The notes under the pieces were generated by a model that saw only the letters and a program-made list of their open reading frames with translations, ran no database searches and was not told the origin of the DNA. Below, piece after piece: positions 1 through 8,378 of a stretch of DNA of 58,487 nucleotides. The stretch lies in assembly GCA_030018505.1 (NCBI GenBank), contig JASEHO010000001.1, forward strand, positions 1-58,487, in the 5' to 3' direction. Each line of letters begins with the position of its first letter. Positions within the stretch are counted from its first letter, which is position 1. The position numbers and the translations under genes are program-made. The stretch is from a bacterium. Its GTDB lineage: Bacteria; UBA9089; UBA9088; JAGUXG01.

Positions 1-315
1 TTAAGGGTTGCCTTAAATAGAAGGGATATAAAACCAGAAAATATTACCTTAAGAAAGAAGTTTGTGGATGATGAAGGTAAGATTGGGCCAAAAGGAAGGG
101 AATACGAGATAGACCTTTATGCCCATAATTCAGAGTCAATTGTCTTTGAGATAAAATCTTATGGTGAGCCAGATGATGTCTTGCGGTTTAATGACAAGGT
201 AGAGGTGGCAAAGATGAAATTTTCCATTATAAATCCACAAAAGATATTTATCACCTTGCAAAAAGGTAGTGAAATGGTTAATATTTGTAAAGGGCTTGGG
301 ATTAGCCTGGTTTGA
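1..315 (+). CDS. PD-(D/E)XK nuclease-fold protein, C-terminal part (5' end lies outside the window)
   Basis: Frame 1 is open from nt 1 (LRVALNRRDIKPEN...) to the stop at 313-315. EIDLYAH...IVFEIKSYGE gives a D...ExK pattern. Confidence 0.4.
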   Translation, partial: LRVALNRRDIKPENITLRKKFVDDEGKIGPKGREYEIDLYAHNSESIVFEIKSYGEPDDVLRFNDKVEVAKMKFSIINPQKIFITLQKGSEMVNICKGLGISLV

Positions 316-358
316 TGTGAATATGATTCAAATTTATAAAAATGGAGGTCTAAAGAAA

Positions 359-778
359 ATGAAGAGGTTTATTGGTTTTGTAGGGAGTTTAGGGGTTTTG
401 GTTTTAGGGATAGGATGGATGTCACAAGCCTTCGCAGATTTAAGCAAGAATGATATTGAAGAGATACGAAAGATTGTAAGGGAAGAGGTTCAAATTCAAA
501 TGCAATCCGTGAAGGAGGAGATACGGTCTGTAAAAGTAGAGATACAGTATGTAAACAAAAGGATAGATGACTTAACAAACCTTCTTTATGTTATCTTAGC
601 AGGAATGTTTGCCTTGGTAGGATTTGTTTTATGGGACAGAAGGACAGCCTTAGCCCCTGCGGTAAACAAAATGAAGGCATTAGAAGAAAGGGAAGGAAGG
701 CTTGAGAAGGCTTTGCTTGAGTTTGCCCAAAAAGAGGCAAGGCTTGCCGAGGCATTCAGGCACGCAGGAATTTTATAG
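359..778 (+). CDS. Membrane-anchored coiled-coil protein, function unknown
   Basis: ATG at 359 follows a GGAGG 10 nt upstream. It has a signal/TM segment (FIGFVGSLGVLVLGIGWM), a heptad-like EEIRKIVREEVQIQMQSVKEEIRSVKVEIQ stretch and a second TM (LLYVILAGMFALVGFVLW). Confidence 0.5.
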   Translation: MKRFIGFVGSLGVLVLGIGWMSQAFADLSKNDIEEIRKIVREEVQIQMQSVKEEIRSVKVEIQYVNKRIDDLTNLLYVILAGMFALVGFVLWDRRTALAPAVNKMKALEEREGRLEKALLEFAQKEARLAEAFRHAGIL

Positions 779-862
779 GCGAATAAAACAGAGGATTTTA
801 AAATATTATTTGAAAAGATAGATTATGCTTGTGGGCTTCTTAGCTTGTTTGTCTCCCTCTAA

Positions 863-891
863 TTGACTTTTGATGGAAAGGTAGATATAAT
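863..891 (+). promoter_or_regulatory. Sigma70-like promoter: TTGACT-N17-TATAAT, ending 6 nt before the GTG at 898
   Basis: -35 at 863-868 and -10 at 886-891, read directly from the sequence. No Shine-Dalgarno fits in the 6-nt gap. Confidence 0.45.
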
Positions 892-897
892 GAGTTT

Positions 898-1461
898 GTG
901 AAAAGAAAGGGCCAAAATAAAAGGACAAAAGATAAGAAATTCAACCAGTTAATATTTTTTATTTCTTACACTGCCTTATTTTTCCTTGGAATTCTTCTTT
1001 ATAAAAGCCTTCCTTTTTCTATCTGGAAGGTCTTTTTTCTTATTTTCCTTATAAGCACATTTGCCTTTCTCTTAAGCTCTCTTCTTAACCTAAACAAAGA
1101 TATTCCAAAGAGTATAAGCCTAATCCTGCTTTTCTTTATAACAGGCATTTATATTGCTGTTTATTCCTATCTTTCCATTATTCAATACAACGGCCTCTTC
1201 ACTGGACACTTTGATCTAGCTATCTTTGACCAGGCTATCTGGAACACTATTCACGGAAGGATTCTGGATACAACTATGCTTGATTACAATTTTCTTGGCG
1301 CGCATATGTCTCCTATTCTTATACTTCTTGCACCTTTCTATCCCTATACCAGAAGTGAAAAGTTAAAAGTTAAAAGTCAAAAGTCAAGAATCAGAGACAG
1401 GAGACAGAATATAGACGATAAACTATCAAGTATTGACATAAGGAAATTCCAAAGGGTATAA
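898..1461 (+). pseudogene. DUF2079-like membrane protein, N-terminal ~150 aa only (truncated)
   Basis: GHFDLAIFDQAIWNTIHGRILDTT...FLGAHMSPILILLAPFYP matches my memory of the DUF2079 signature. After about nt 1348 the ORF runs into low-complexity repeat sequence (SEKLKVKSQKSRIRDRRQ) and stops. Full-length family members are about 3x longer. Confidence 0.4.
1354..1408. repeat. AAAGT-rich low-complexity element, copy 1
   Basis: agtgaaaagttaaaagttaaaagtcaaaagtcaagaatcagagacaggagacag. It shares agtgaaaagtta[ag]aagt...caaga[ag]tc...tcaga with 5684-5727. Confidence 0.6.
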
Positions 1462-1462
1462 T
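1433..1462 (+). promoter_or_regulatory. Sigma70-like promoter: TTGACA-N18-TATAAT, ending 7 nt before the GTG at 1470
   Basis: -35 at 1433-1438 and -10 at 1457-1462. Confidence 0.45.
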
Positions 1463-1469
1463 CTGGGGT

Positions 1470-3270
1470 GTGAAGAAGAAAAAGAAGAAACAGGAATTAA
1501 CCGCGAATGAACACAAATGGGAAAATATTGAGGTTATTGTTGTTGCCGGGCTTCTTCTTTTATCTTTTATTTTAAGGCTCATCTATCTGGCTCACCTAAA
1601 GGCAAACGATCCTTACTTCTATCAACCTCAAGCAGGAACAGATATGCTTGATTATCACACCGCTGCTCATGCGGTATTAAATGGAACACTTCCAAATAGC
1701 CCCTATTATGCCGGCCCTTTTTACTACCATTTTCTTGCTCTAATCTACAGGATATTTGGAGCAGACCAATACATTATAAGGCTCATCCAAACAATGCTTG
1801 GCGTGGCAACATTCCTTCTTATCTACCTTATAGCTAAAAAGGTATTTAACAAACCTGTGGCTCTCATCTCCCTTTTTATCTCTGTCTTCTATAGTATCTT
1901 CTATATCTATAGAAGGGCTTCTTCTTATGGAAACATTGGTCTGTTTTCTAAATACATTATCAGTCTTCCTCCTTCTTAGAGTTGAGGAGAGGCCATCATA
2001 CAAAAACATAGCCCTGGCAGGGATTCCAATAGGCATATCTGCTCTCAGCAGGGGAATTATCCTCGTATTTGTGCCATTCATCCTCATTTGGATGGTTTTA
2101 ACTCTCAAACTTAAGCTCTCAACTTTCAAAAAGATTGGATTTCTCTGCCTAATTATTCTATTGACCATTTCTCCTGCAACAATTAGGAACTATCTTGTGT
2201 CTGGTAAGTTTGTTCTTATCTCAGCCAATGGGATAGTAGGAGTTTGGCTTGGAAACAATCCTTATAGTACAGCTGAGTACTCTTGTCCTCCTCCTTCCTA
2301 CACAGAGAAGATTACAAAGAGAGTAGAAGAAGAGGGAGAGAAGGTCTATTCCCAAGAAGTAATAAAGTTCATTAAAGAGAATCCCAAAGAGGTAGCGAAG
2401 CTCTATCTTGAAAAGTTCCTTTTTTTCTGGAGTAAAGAGGAGGTTGATAACAACATCAATACATCCCTTCAGAAGGGTTATTCCTTCATCTTCAAATTCC
2501 CTATTCTTCTTGGCTTTGGTTTTGTTGCACCCTTAGGTCTATATGGAATTATCCTTTCTCTAAGAAGAAGGGCGCTTTTGCTCTACCTCTTCATCTTTGC
2601 CTTTATGCTGTCTATGCTGCCTTTCTATATATTATCCAGGTATCGTATAGCCTTTGTGCCTATTCTCATAATCTTTGCTGCCTTTCCTATCTGGTGGTCA
2701 TACAAAAAAATAAAAGAAAAGAAGATACCCATCTTCCTTTCTTCCTTAATCTTACTCTTATTCGCAATCGTCTTTGTTTGCTCTCAATCTGTAATTGGTA
2801 AACTCTATCCCCTGTTTCATCATGAGAGTATAGTCTCTAAAAAAGGAGATAGGATTATTCTCAGAGATAACTCAGGCAAATGGCAGGGAGGGAATTTTAT
2901 AACCTTACTTCCAAACTCTTCTTGCAAGAAAGAGTTTCTCATAAAAGAAGACTCTTTAGGATTAAAGAGATGTTCTCTCTTCTTTAGTTATCAGGTAACA
3001 AAGCCTGGAACCCTTATTTTTGATATCAACGGAACAAAAGGACCTGCAAGTCTTAGCTCAACAGACCTGATGAATGTGGGTTCAATAAACCTTCCTCCAT
3101 CTACCTTCCATCAGGGTTACAATACCATCACTATTACCTCAGAAGATATTGAGATACTCATCCCGATTGACAGCTCATACACCTTTGGAAGGTCATATAT
3201 TGGAAAAAATGGACAGTGGGAGAGTCTAAAAAAAGGCGAGCTTATGGTTTGGCTGGAGGCCGTTGAATAA
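1470..3270 (+). pseudogene. GT-C fold (family 39, ArnT/PMT-like) membrane glycosyltransferase, split by a frameshift near 1906-1912
   Basis: ORF 1470-1979 (frame 3) reads ...LISLFISVFYSIFYIY. Frame 1 continues directly with EGLLLMETLVCFLNTLSVFLLLRVEERP... (ORF 1927-3270). Both parts are polytopic and together form one ArnT-like protein. Confidence 0.55.
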
Positions 3271-3279
3271 ACGGAAGGT

Positions 3280-3486
3280 GTAAGTGTTCAGGTAGTATTC
3301 GAAAAACCAGATTAGAGATTATACCAGATAAGGGGATAAATTCATTGCAAATTTAGCATTTATCATTTCAAATTTGGAATAACATCTCAGTCAATATATT
3401 TCTCTTTCAATGATAAATTTGCAATGCTAAATTTAAAATGAATTATCTTCCTTCGGACACTCCTAATGTATGGGCTGAACGGTTAC
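3280..3486. repeat. Hairpin (MITE/REP-like) element, GTAAC-terminus family, copy A
   Basis: Left end is gtaagtgttcaggtag. Right end ctgaacggttac is the reverse complement of gtaaccgttcag. Internal arms cattgcaaatttagcatttatcatttcaaattt / aaatttgcaatgctaaatttaaaatg are inverted. Confidence 0.75.
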
Positions 3487-4194
3487 CGGAAGGTTAGGAG
3501 AAAGGATTGGGTCGTCATAGCCCAGATCTACAAAAACCCCTTTTTTGGTAAGTGTAGGCAGGATAACAGAAAGCTGGGTCAATTTTTTATTAAGCTCTTT
3601 CTCTTTTGGCAAAACCGAAATCCAGGTATCTTCTATCAAAAAGAAGAGTCTATCTTTCTCTTTCCTTATCTGGTTTATTGGATATTTAGGTAGAAAGGCC
3701 TTTATCCTTTCTACAATAAGATATAGCTCTTGCACATCTATCTTATCACCATGTCTTTTTTTAGAATTGATATGAAGATAGGTAGTATGCGTCTCTTTGG
3801 TTGGAAAGACTACGCCATCTTTATCTACACAAAGACCTTCTCCTATCTGGGCAAAAGGCTTTCTCTCGGTAACAGAGATTATCAGCTTAGAAAGTGGTCT
3901 CTTTTTTATCTTCGCCTCAAGGAGCCTTACATCAGAAAGGAGAAACCTTCGCAGGCTATCTTTTTCTAACTTAAAAAGGTTTGGTCTATGATCTAAGCAG
4001 TTTTCTTTGCAGTAGCTATTAAAGAGGGAAAGTATCTTTTTCTTCTCAAGGTTTCCATCTGTTTCTACCTCTACCTTTCTTATCCGAAATATATCAGAGA
4101 GGATAAACTGCCTTCCTCCAAAAAAAATCAGTCCACAGACTAAAATAAAGAAAGCTACTTTCTTTATTCTTCTTTTATCTCTTTTGCTAATCAT
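3463..4194 (-). CDS. FtsQ/DivIB-like POTRA-domain membrane protein
   Basis: Short basic N-terminus (MISKRDKRRIKK), one TM (VAFFILVCGLIFFGG), then IFRIRKVEVETDGNLEKKKILSLF, which looks like POTRA. I use the first ATG (4194). The track start at 4299 is a TTG inside repeat 4211-4476. Confidence 0.45.
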   Translation of the reverse strand: MISKRDKRRIKKVAFFILVCGLIFFGGRQFILSDIFRIRKVEVETDGNLEKKKILSLFNSYCKENCLDHRPNLFKLEKDSLRRFLLSDVRLLEAKIKKRPLSKLIISVTERKPFAQIGEGLCVDKDGVVFPTKETHTTYLHINSKKRHGDKIDVQELYLIVERIKAFLPKYPINQIRKEKDRLFFLIEDTWISVLPKEKELNKKLTQLSVILPTLTKKGVFVDLGYDDPILSPNLPVTVQPIH

Positions 4195-4210
4195 TTTGCT
4201 TAAAACAAAA

Positions 4211-4476
4211 GTAACATTTAGCCACCTGAAGTAAAGATTAACAGAAGACCTTAGGGGATAGCAGATGAAAAGTATAGTATGTGGAGTTGATAACTTCAAT
4301 GATTATTCTGGTTCTGGATTTTTTAGAACTGCTGCTTGATTTCCAAGGTAAGGATTATTGAAATTATTTTTAAGAGAATGAAGTACAATGAAGGAAAAAG
4401 GAGCACCAGTAAAGAATTTGACTGATACTCTGGTGACTGGTGCACTCTTGGTTACTTCAGATGGCTAAAGTGTTAC
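4211..4476. repeat. Hairpin element with 24-nt inverted termini, same family
   Basis: gtaacatttagccacctgaagtaa (4211-4234) versus ttacttcagatggctaaagtgttac (4452-4476). These are reverse complements with 1 indel and 1 mismatch. The right arm recurs at 53877-53903. Confidence 0.65.
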
Positions 4477-4487
4477 CAACAAAAGAA

Positions 4488-4517
4488 TTGACACAACAAC
4501 CAGATTTTGCGTATCCT
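4488..4517 (+). promoter_or_regulatory. Sigma70-like promoter: TTGACA-N18-TATCCT, ending 7 nt before the ATG at 4525
   Basis: -35 at 4488-4493 and -10 at 4512-4517. This supports ATG 4525 over the TTG at 4507 as the start. Confidence 0.4.
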
Positions 4518-4524
4518 TACCACA

Positions 4525-5676
4525 ATGGATATTGAAGGATTGATGTGTCCATATTGTGCAGGAAGGCTGAAACCCTGGGATATTGAGTGGGGAGATGGCT
4601 TATTTGAGTGTTCCTGTAACCTCTGGCCATTCTTGTCTGGAATACTGGTTTTAAGAAGAGAAAAAGCCACAGAAAAGGCAACAAATCTGATAAAGAAGGG
4701 AAAGGCAAGGTCTGCGGCGTTTAATCTGCTAATGAAAGAGTCCTGGAGCCCATTCTTTGCCTGGACGGCTCTACATAAGATAAGTTTTTATAAGATAATG
4801 GGGCTCTGGGGTTTCAGGTTCTGGACAGAATACACAAGATATAGGTTTTCTGCCAGCTCATTCCTATCCTTTCTGCCATTAGTTTCAGCCCTCAAAGAAA
4901 GAAAGGGAAGCCTCTTAGACTTTGGCTGTGGCACAGGACACACAGCCTATATCCTGTCTAAGTGGATTGACCCAAAGAATCTCTTCCTTTGCGATAAAAA
5001 CTTCGCTAATCTCTATCTTGCCAAAAACTTTGCTAAAGAGGCAAGTTTCTTCTGCCTTGATGGAAACCTTCCCCTTCCATTCAAAGATAAGAGCTTCTCC
5101 TCTATCCTCTGCTCGGATTCTTTCCATTTTGTTGAGGCAAAGGCAGGCATAGCCTCTGAGTTTATGAGGGTATTAAATGAACAAGGAGCAATCTTTCTCT
5201 CTCATCTGCATAATAAAGGCAAGGAAAACCCAATCACAGGATACCCATTAGCCTTACAAGACTACCTCAGGGTCTTTAGCAAAATGGAAGGGCGAACATA
5301 CACGGAGCTTAAACTGAGAGAGTCTTTATCAAGTGGAAAGATAAACTTAAAAGATGCTGATGAGATCAAAAATAGTTCTGCCTTCTCTCTTATCCTCTCA
5401 AATACACCTGAAATCTTCAGGGAGTATGACACAAGCAAGATTTTTACAGAGAACCTGAAGAACCCAATTATCAATCCAATCTATAAGATAAAGAAGCTGA
5501 AGGCAGGCTATATTATCAAGAGGAAAAAATTGAGCAAACTTTACAGAAGAGAGTATCCTGAGGTGGAACAGTATATCAAAAAGGCTGGATTTATCTATAA
5601 GAAGGATGTGGTAGGCAGGAATGAAGCCCTATTACGAAGCCTAATTCTGATTGATGCCCCAGAGGGATATGTATAA
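4525..5676 (+). CDS. Class I SAM-dependent methyltransferase with an N-terminal zinc-ribbon (Trm112-like) segment
   Basis: CPYCAGRL...FECSCN cysteine pairs. LLDFGCGTGHTAYILS is SAM-binding motif I. Confidence 0.65.
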   Translation: MDIEGLMCPYCAGRLKPWDIEWGDGLFECSCNLWPFLSGILVLRREKATEKATNLIKKGKARSAAFNLLMKESWSPFFAWTALHKISFYKIMGLWGFRFWTEYTRYRFSASSFLSFLPLVSALKERKGSLLDFGCGTGHTAYILSKWIDPKNLFLCDKNFANLYLAKNFAKEASFFCLDGNLPLPFKDKSFSSILCSDSFHFVEAKAGIASEFMRVLNEQGAIFLSHLHNKGKENPITGYPLALQDYLRVFSKMEGRTYTELKLRESLSSGKINLKDADEIKNSSAFSLILSNTPEIFREYDTSKIFTENLKNPIINPIYKIKKLKAGYIIKRKKLSKLYRREYPEVEQYIKKAGFIYKKDVVGRNEALLRSLILIDAPEGYV

Positions 5677-5683
5677 AATGAAA

Positions 5684-5727
5684 AGTGAAAAGTTAGAAGT
5701 CAAGAGTCGGGAGTCAGAAATCAGAGG
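5684..5727. repeat. AAAGT-rich low-complexity element, copy 2
   Basis: agtgaaaagttagaagtcaagagtcgggagtcagaaatcagagg, similar to 1354-1408. Confidence 0.55.
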
Positions 5728-5846
5728 TAAAAGTAGATTTTAGACTAGAGTATATTGAAAAACTTTTAGCTAAGCTAAGAAAAAATTTATGGAATAGGCA
5801 TAGGGTCTGAAAGAGGCGTCTTGGTAAGTAGTTTGGAAAAGGTATT

Positions 5847-7427
5847 ATGAAGCAAGATTTATTGAATATTAAAGAAGCAAGCGTCTGGGCTACGGAATAT
5901 TTACAGAAAACCGTTACAACATCTAACATATCTTACCTTATTCAATATGGACGGATAAGGAAAATTGGCGATAACGGAACAACACAGGTTTCAAGGCAAG
6001 AGCTTATTGACTATTACAAATTCTACAACGGCAACCGTGAGTTTGCATGGAAGGACCAACTTGGTGAGAACTTAAATTGGGCTTTGTCATTTGACCAATA
6101 TAAGGAAGCGGAAACCACTAAACATGTCCATAGGCTCCACCCATATAAAGGGAAATTTATCCCTCAACTTGTAGAATACTTTCTGGATAGCCATACCGAT
6201 AATTTCAAGAAACAAACTTATTTCAAAAAAGGAGACATTGTTCTTGATCCATTCTCAGGCTGCGGAACAACAATGGTTCAGGCAAACGAACTTGGTCTGC
6301 ACGCTATTGGTATTGATATTTCTGCCTTTAACGCTTTAATTGGAAATTGTAAGATTATGAAATATGACCTTGTTGATGTTCAAGCCGAAATTAGTAGAAT
6401 AACAAAGGCACTTAAAGAATTCCTTGCTAACTCTCATACCATTGAATTTGAAGAAAAACTTTTGCAGGCACTTTATGACTTCAACAACAAATATTTTCCT
6501 GTTCCAGATTACAAATACAAACTCCAACGAGGAGAAATAAACGAAAATGAATACGGAACAGAAAAAGAGAAAGAATTTTTACCTATTTTCAACAAACTTG
6601 TTAAAGAATACAATATAAAGCTGAGACAGGATAAAACAGATACCTTTCTTGACAGGTGGTATTTACAAAATGTTAGGGATGAAATTCAATTTGTGTTCGA
6701 TGAAATCAAAAAAATTAAGAATATTGCTACGAAAAAAATCATTAGCATTATTTTGAGTAGAACCATCCGTTCCTGCAGAGCAACAACACATGCTGATCTG
6801 GCAACACTTATTGAACCAATTACAGCAATCTATTACTGTTCAAAGCATGGTAAGGTTTGCAAACCACTTTTTTCTATCCTTAAATGGTGGGGATCATACA
6901 CAAAAGATACTCTTGCGAGGCTTTATCAATTTGATAGATTACGCACTAAAACATTTCAGCTTTGCTTAACAGGTGATAGTAGAACCATCGATATATTTGA
7001 AGAGATTGAAAAAAGAAATCCATTGTTTGCAGAGTTAGCTCAAAGGCAAAAAATCAAGGGTATCTTTTCAAGTCCACCGTATGTTGGCTTAATTGATTAT
7101 CACGAACAACACGCTTATGCTTATGACCTCTATGGCTTTGAACGAAAAGACGAATTGGAGATTGGCCCTCTCTACAAAGGACAGAGCAGAGAAGCAAAAC
7201 AGAGTTACATACAAGGAATAACGGAAGTGCTTAACAACTGTAAAAAATATTTGGTTGACGATTACGATATTTTTCTTGTAGCAAATGATAAATATAATAT
7301 GTATCCGACAATTGCTGAAAATGCAGGGATGCAAATTGTTAAGCAATACAAACGACCAGTATTAAACCGCACCGAGAAAGATAAGGGTGCATATTCTGAA
7401 ACTATTTTTCATATGAGAAAGAGGTAA
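5847..7427 (+). CDS. Type II DNA methyltransferase (amino-MTase, SPPY type; N4-C or N6-A)
   Basis: Motif I is LDPFSGCGTTMVQANELGLHAIGIDIS. Motif IV, GIFSSPPYVGLIDY, lies downstream of it (order I then IV). An endonuclease gene follows directly. Confidence 0.75.
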   Translation: MKQDLLNIKEASVWATEYLQKTVTTSNISYLIQYGRIRKIGDNGTTQVSRQELIDYYKFYNGNREFAWKDQLGENLNWALSFDQYKEAETTKHVHRLHPYKGKFIPQLVEYFLDSHTDNFKKQTYFKKGDIVLDPFSGCGTTMVQANELGLHAIGIDISAFNALIGNCKIMKYDLVDVQAEISRITKALKEFLANSHTIEFEEKLLQALYDFNNKYFPVPDYKYKLQRGEINENEYGTEKEKEFLPIFNKLVKEYNIKLRQDKTDTFLDRWYLQNVRDEIQFVFDEIKKIKNIATKKIISIILSRTIRSCRATTHADLATLIEPITAIYYCSKHGKVCKPLFSILKWWGSYTKDTLARLYQFDRLRTKTFQLCLTGDSRTIDIFEEIEKRNPLFAELAQRQKIKGIFSSPPYVGLIDYHEQHAYAYDLYGFERKDELEIGPLYKGQSREAKQSYIQGITEVLNNCKKYLVDDYDIFLVANDKYNMYPTIAENAGMQIVKQYKRPVLNRTEKDKGAYSETIFHMRKR

Positions 7428-7519
7428 GCAATTGAAGAAAAAATCGGTAATTATATTGATTGGCGTGGAGCAGTAGAAAGTGCGTTATGGGAACTTCAAA
7501 GCTCTAAGGAGAAATAATT

Positions 7520-8293
7520 ATGGCCTTATCCGTGCAACAAATTCAAAATATTGAAAATGTTTTATGTAACAGTTTACGACATAAATTCAAAAATTACAAT
7601 CCAGAGCCTGCTTCAATGCCTTTCCATACAAGATTACTTGGTAAAGATAGAATGGCTTTATTTTCTTTCATACATTCTCTAAATACAAATTTCGGAACGA
7701 GTATTTTTGAACCTACTGCATTAACGCTTGCATCATCAACTTTTGCAAGTGCTGCTTCACACCAGATAGCAGGAACACAAATTTCATCAGAGGCACACAG
7801 AGTTATTCAAAACATAATGGACGGATTAACAACAGCCAATTTATCTCCCAATAAGCCAGGTGAAATTGACGCGATTAGAAAAGTTTGCAGACAAGGAGAA
7901 ATGAAAACCGTCAAGCTGACTAAAGTTGATATTAAACTTGTTGCTCACAACGGAATAATCTACTTCTTTGACCTCAAGACTGTAAAACCGAATACAGGCG
8001 GCTTCAAAGAATTTAAGCGGACACTTTTAGAATGGATTGCCGCAGTACTTGCAACAAATCCTACAGTAAATGTTCAATCACTCATTGCGATTCCTTACAA
8101 TCCTTATGAACCACAACCCTACAACCGCTGGACAATGCGGGGAATGTTAGACCTTACCAATGAATTGAAGGTAGCAGAAGAGTTTTGGGATTTTCTTGGT
8201 GGAGAAGGTGCCTATCAAGATTTGCTCAATATTTTTGAAAGTATAGGAATTGAGCTAAGGCCAGAGATTGATAATTATTTCAAACAATTATAG
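7520..8293 (+). CDS. Type II restriction endonuclease, TdeIII-like family
   Basis: At 257 aa, the segments MPFHTRLLGKDRMALFSFIHSLNTNFGTSIFEP ... FDLKTVKPN ... IAIPYNPYEP ... LKVAEEFWDFLGG match my memory of proteins annotated as TdeIII family. It sits just downstream of a methyltransferase. Family assignment is unverified. Confidence 0.55.
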   Translation: MALSVQQIQNIENVLCNSLRHKFKNYNPEPASMPFHTRLLGKDRMALFSFIHSLNTNFGTSIFEPTALTLASSTFASAASHQIAGTQISSEAHRVIQNIMDGLTTANLSPNKPGEIDAIRKVCRQGEMKTVKLTKVDIKLVAHNGIIYFFDLKTVKPNTGGFKEFKRTLLEWIAAVLATNPTVNVQSLIAIPYNPYEPQPYNRWTMRGMLDLTNELKVAEEFWDFLGGEGAYQDLLNIFESIGIELRPEIDNYFKQL

Positions 8294-8309
8294 CAAATAA
8301 ACCAAGGAA

Positions 8310-8364
8310 GGAGATAAATCATTTCAAATTTAGCAAAAGTAAATTTAACAAAAGTAAATTTACA
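8310..8364. repeat. Half-copy of the hairpin-element arm
   Basis: ggagataaatcatttcaaatttagca is the exact reverse complement of tgctaaatttgaaatgatttatctcc at 28037-28062. It is followed by aaagtaaattta repeats. Confidence 0.6.
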
Positions 8365-8378
8365 GGAAAAATATATAG

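Noticed and set aside
4195-4299. The N-terminal 35-aa extension of the FtsQ-like ORF given in the track
   Set aside because: It begins with TTG, lies inside the inverted-repeat element 4211-4476 and encodes no sensible sequence. The ATG at 4194 gives a typical FtsQ N-terminus.
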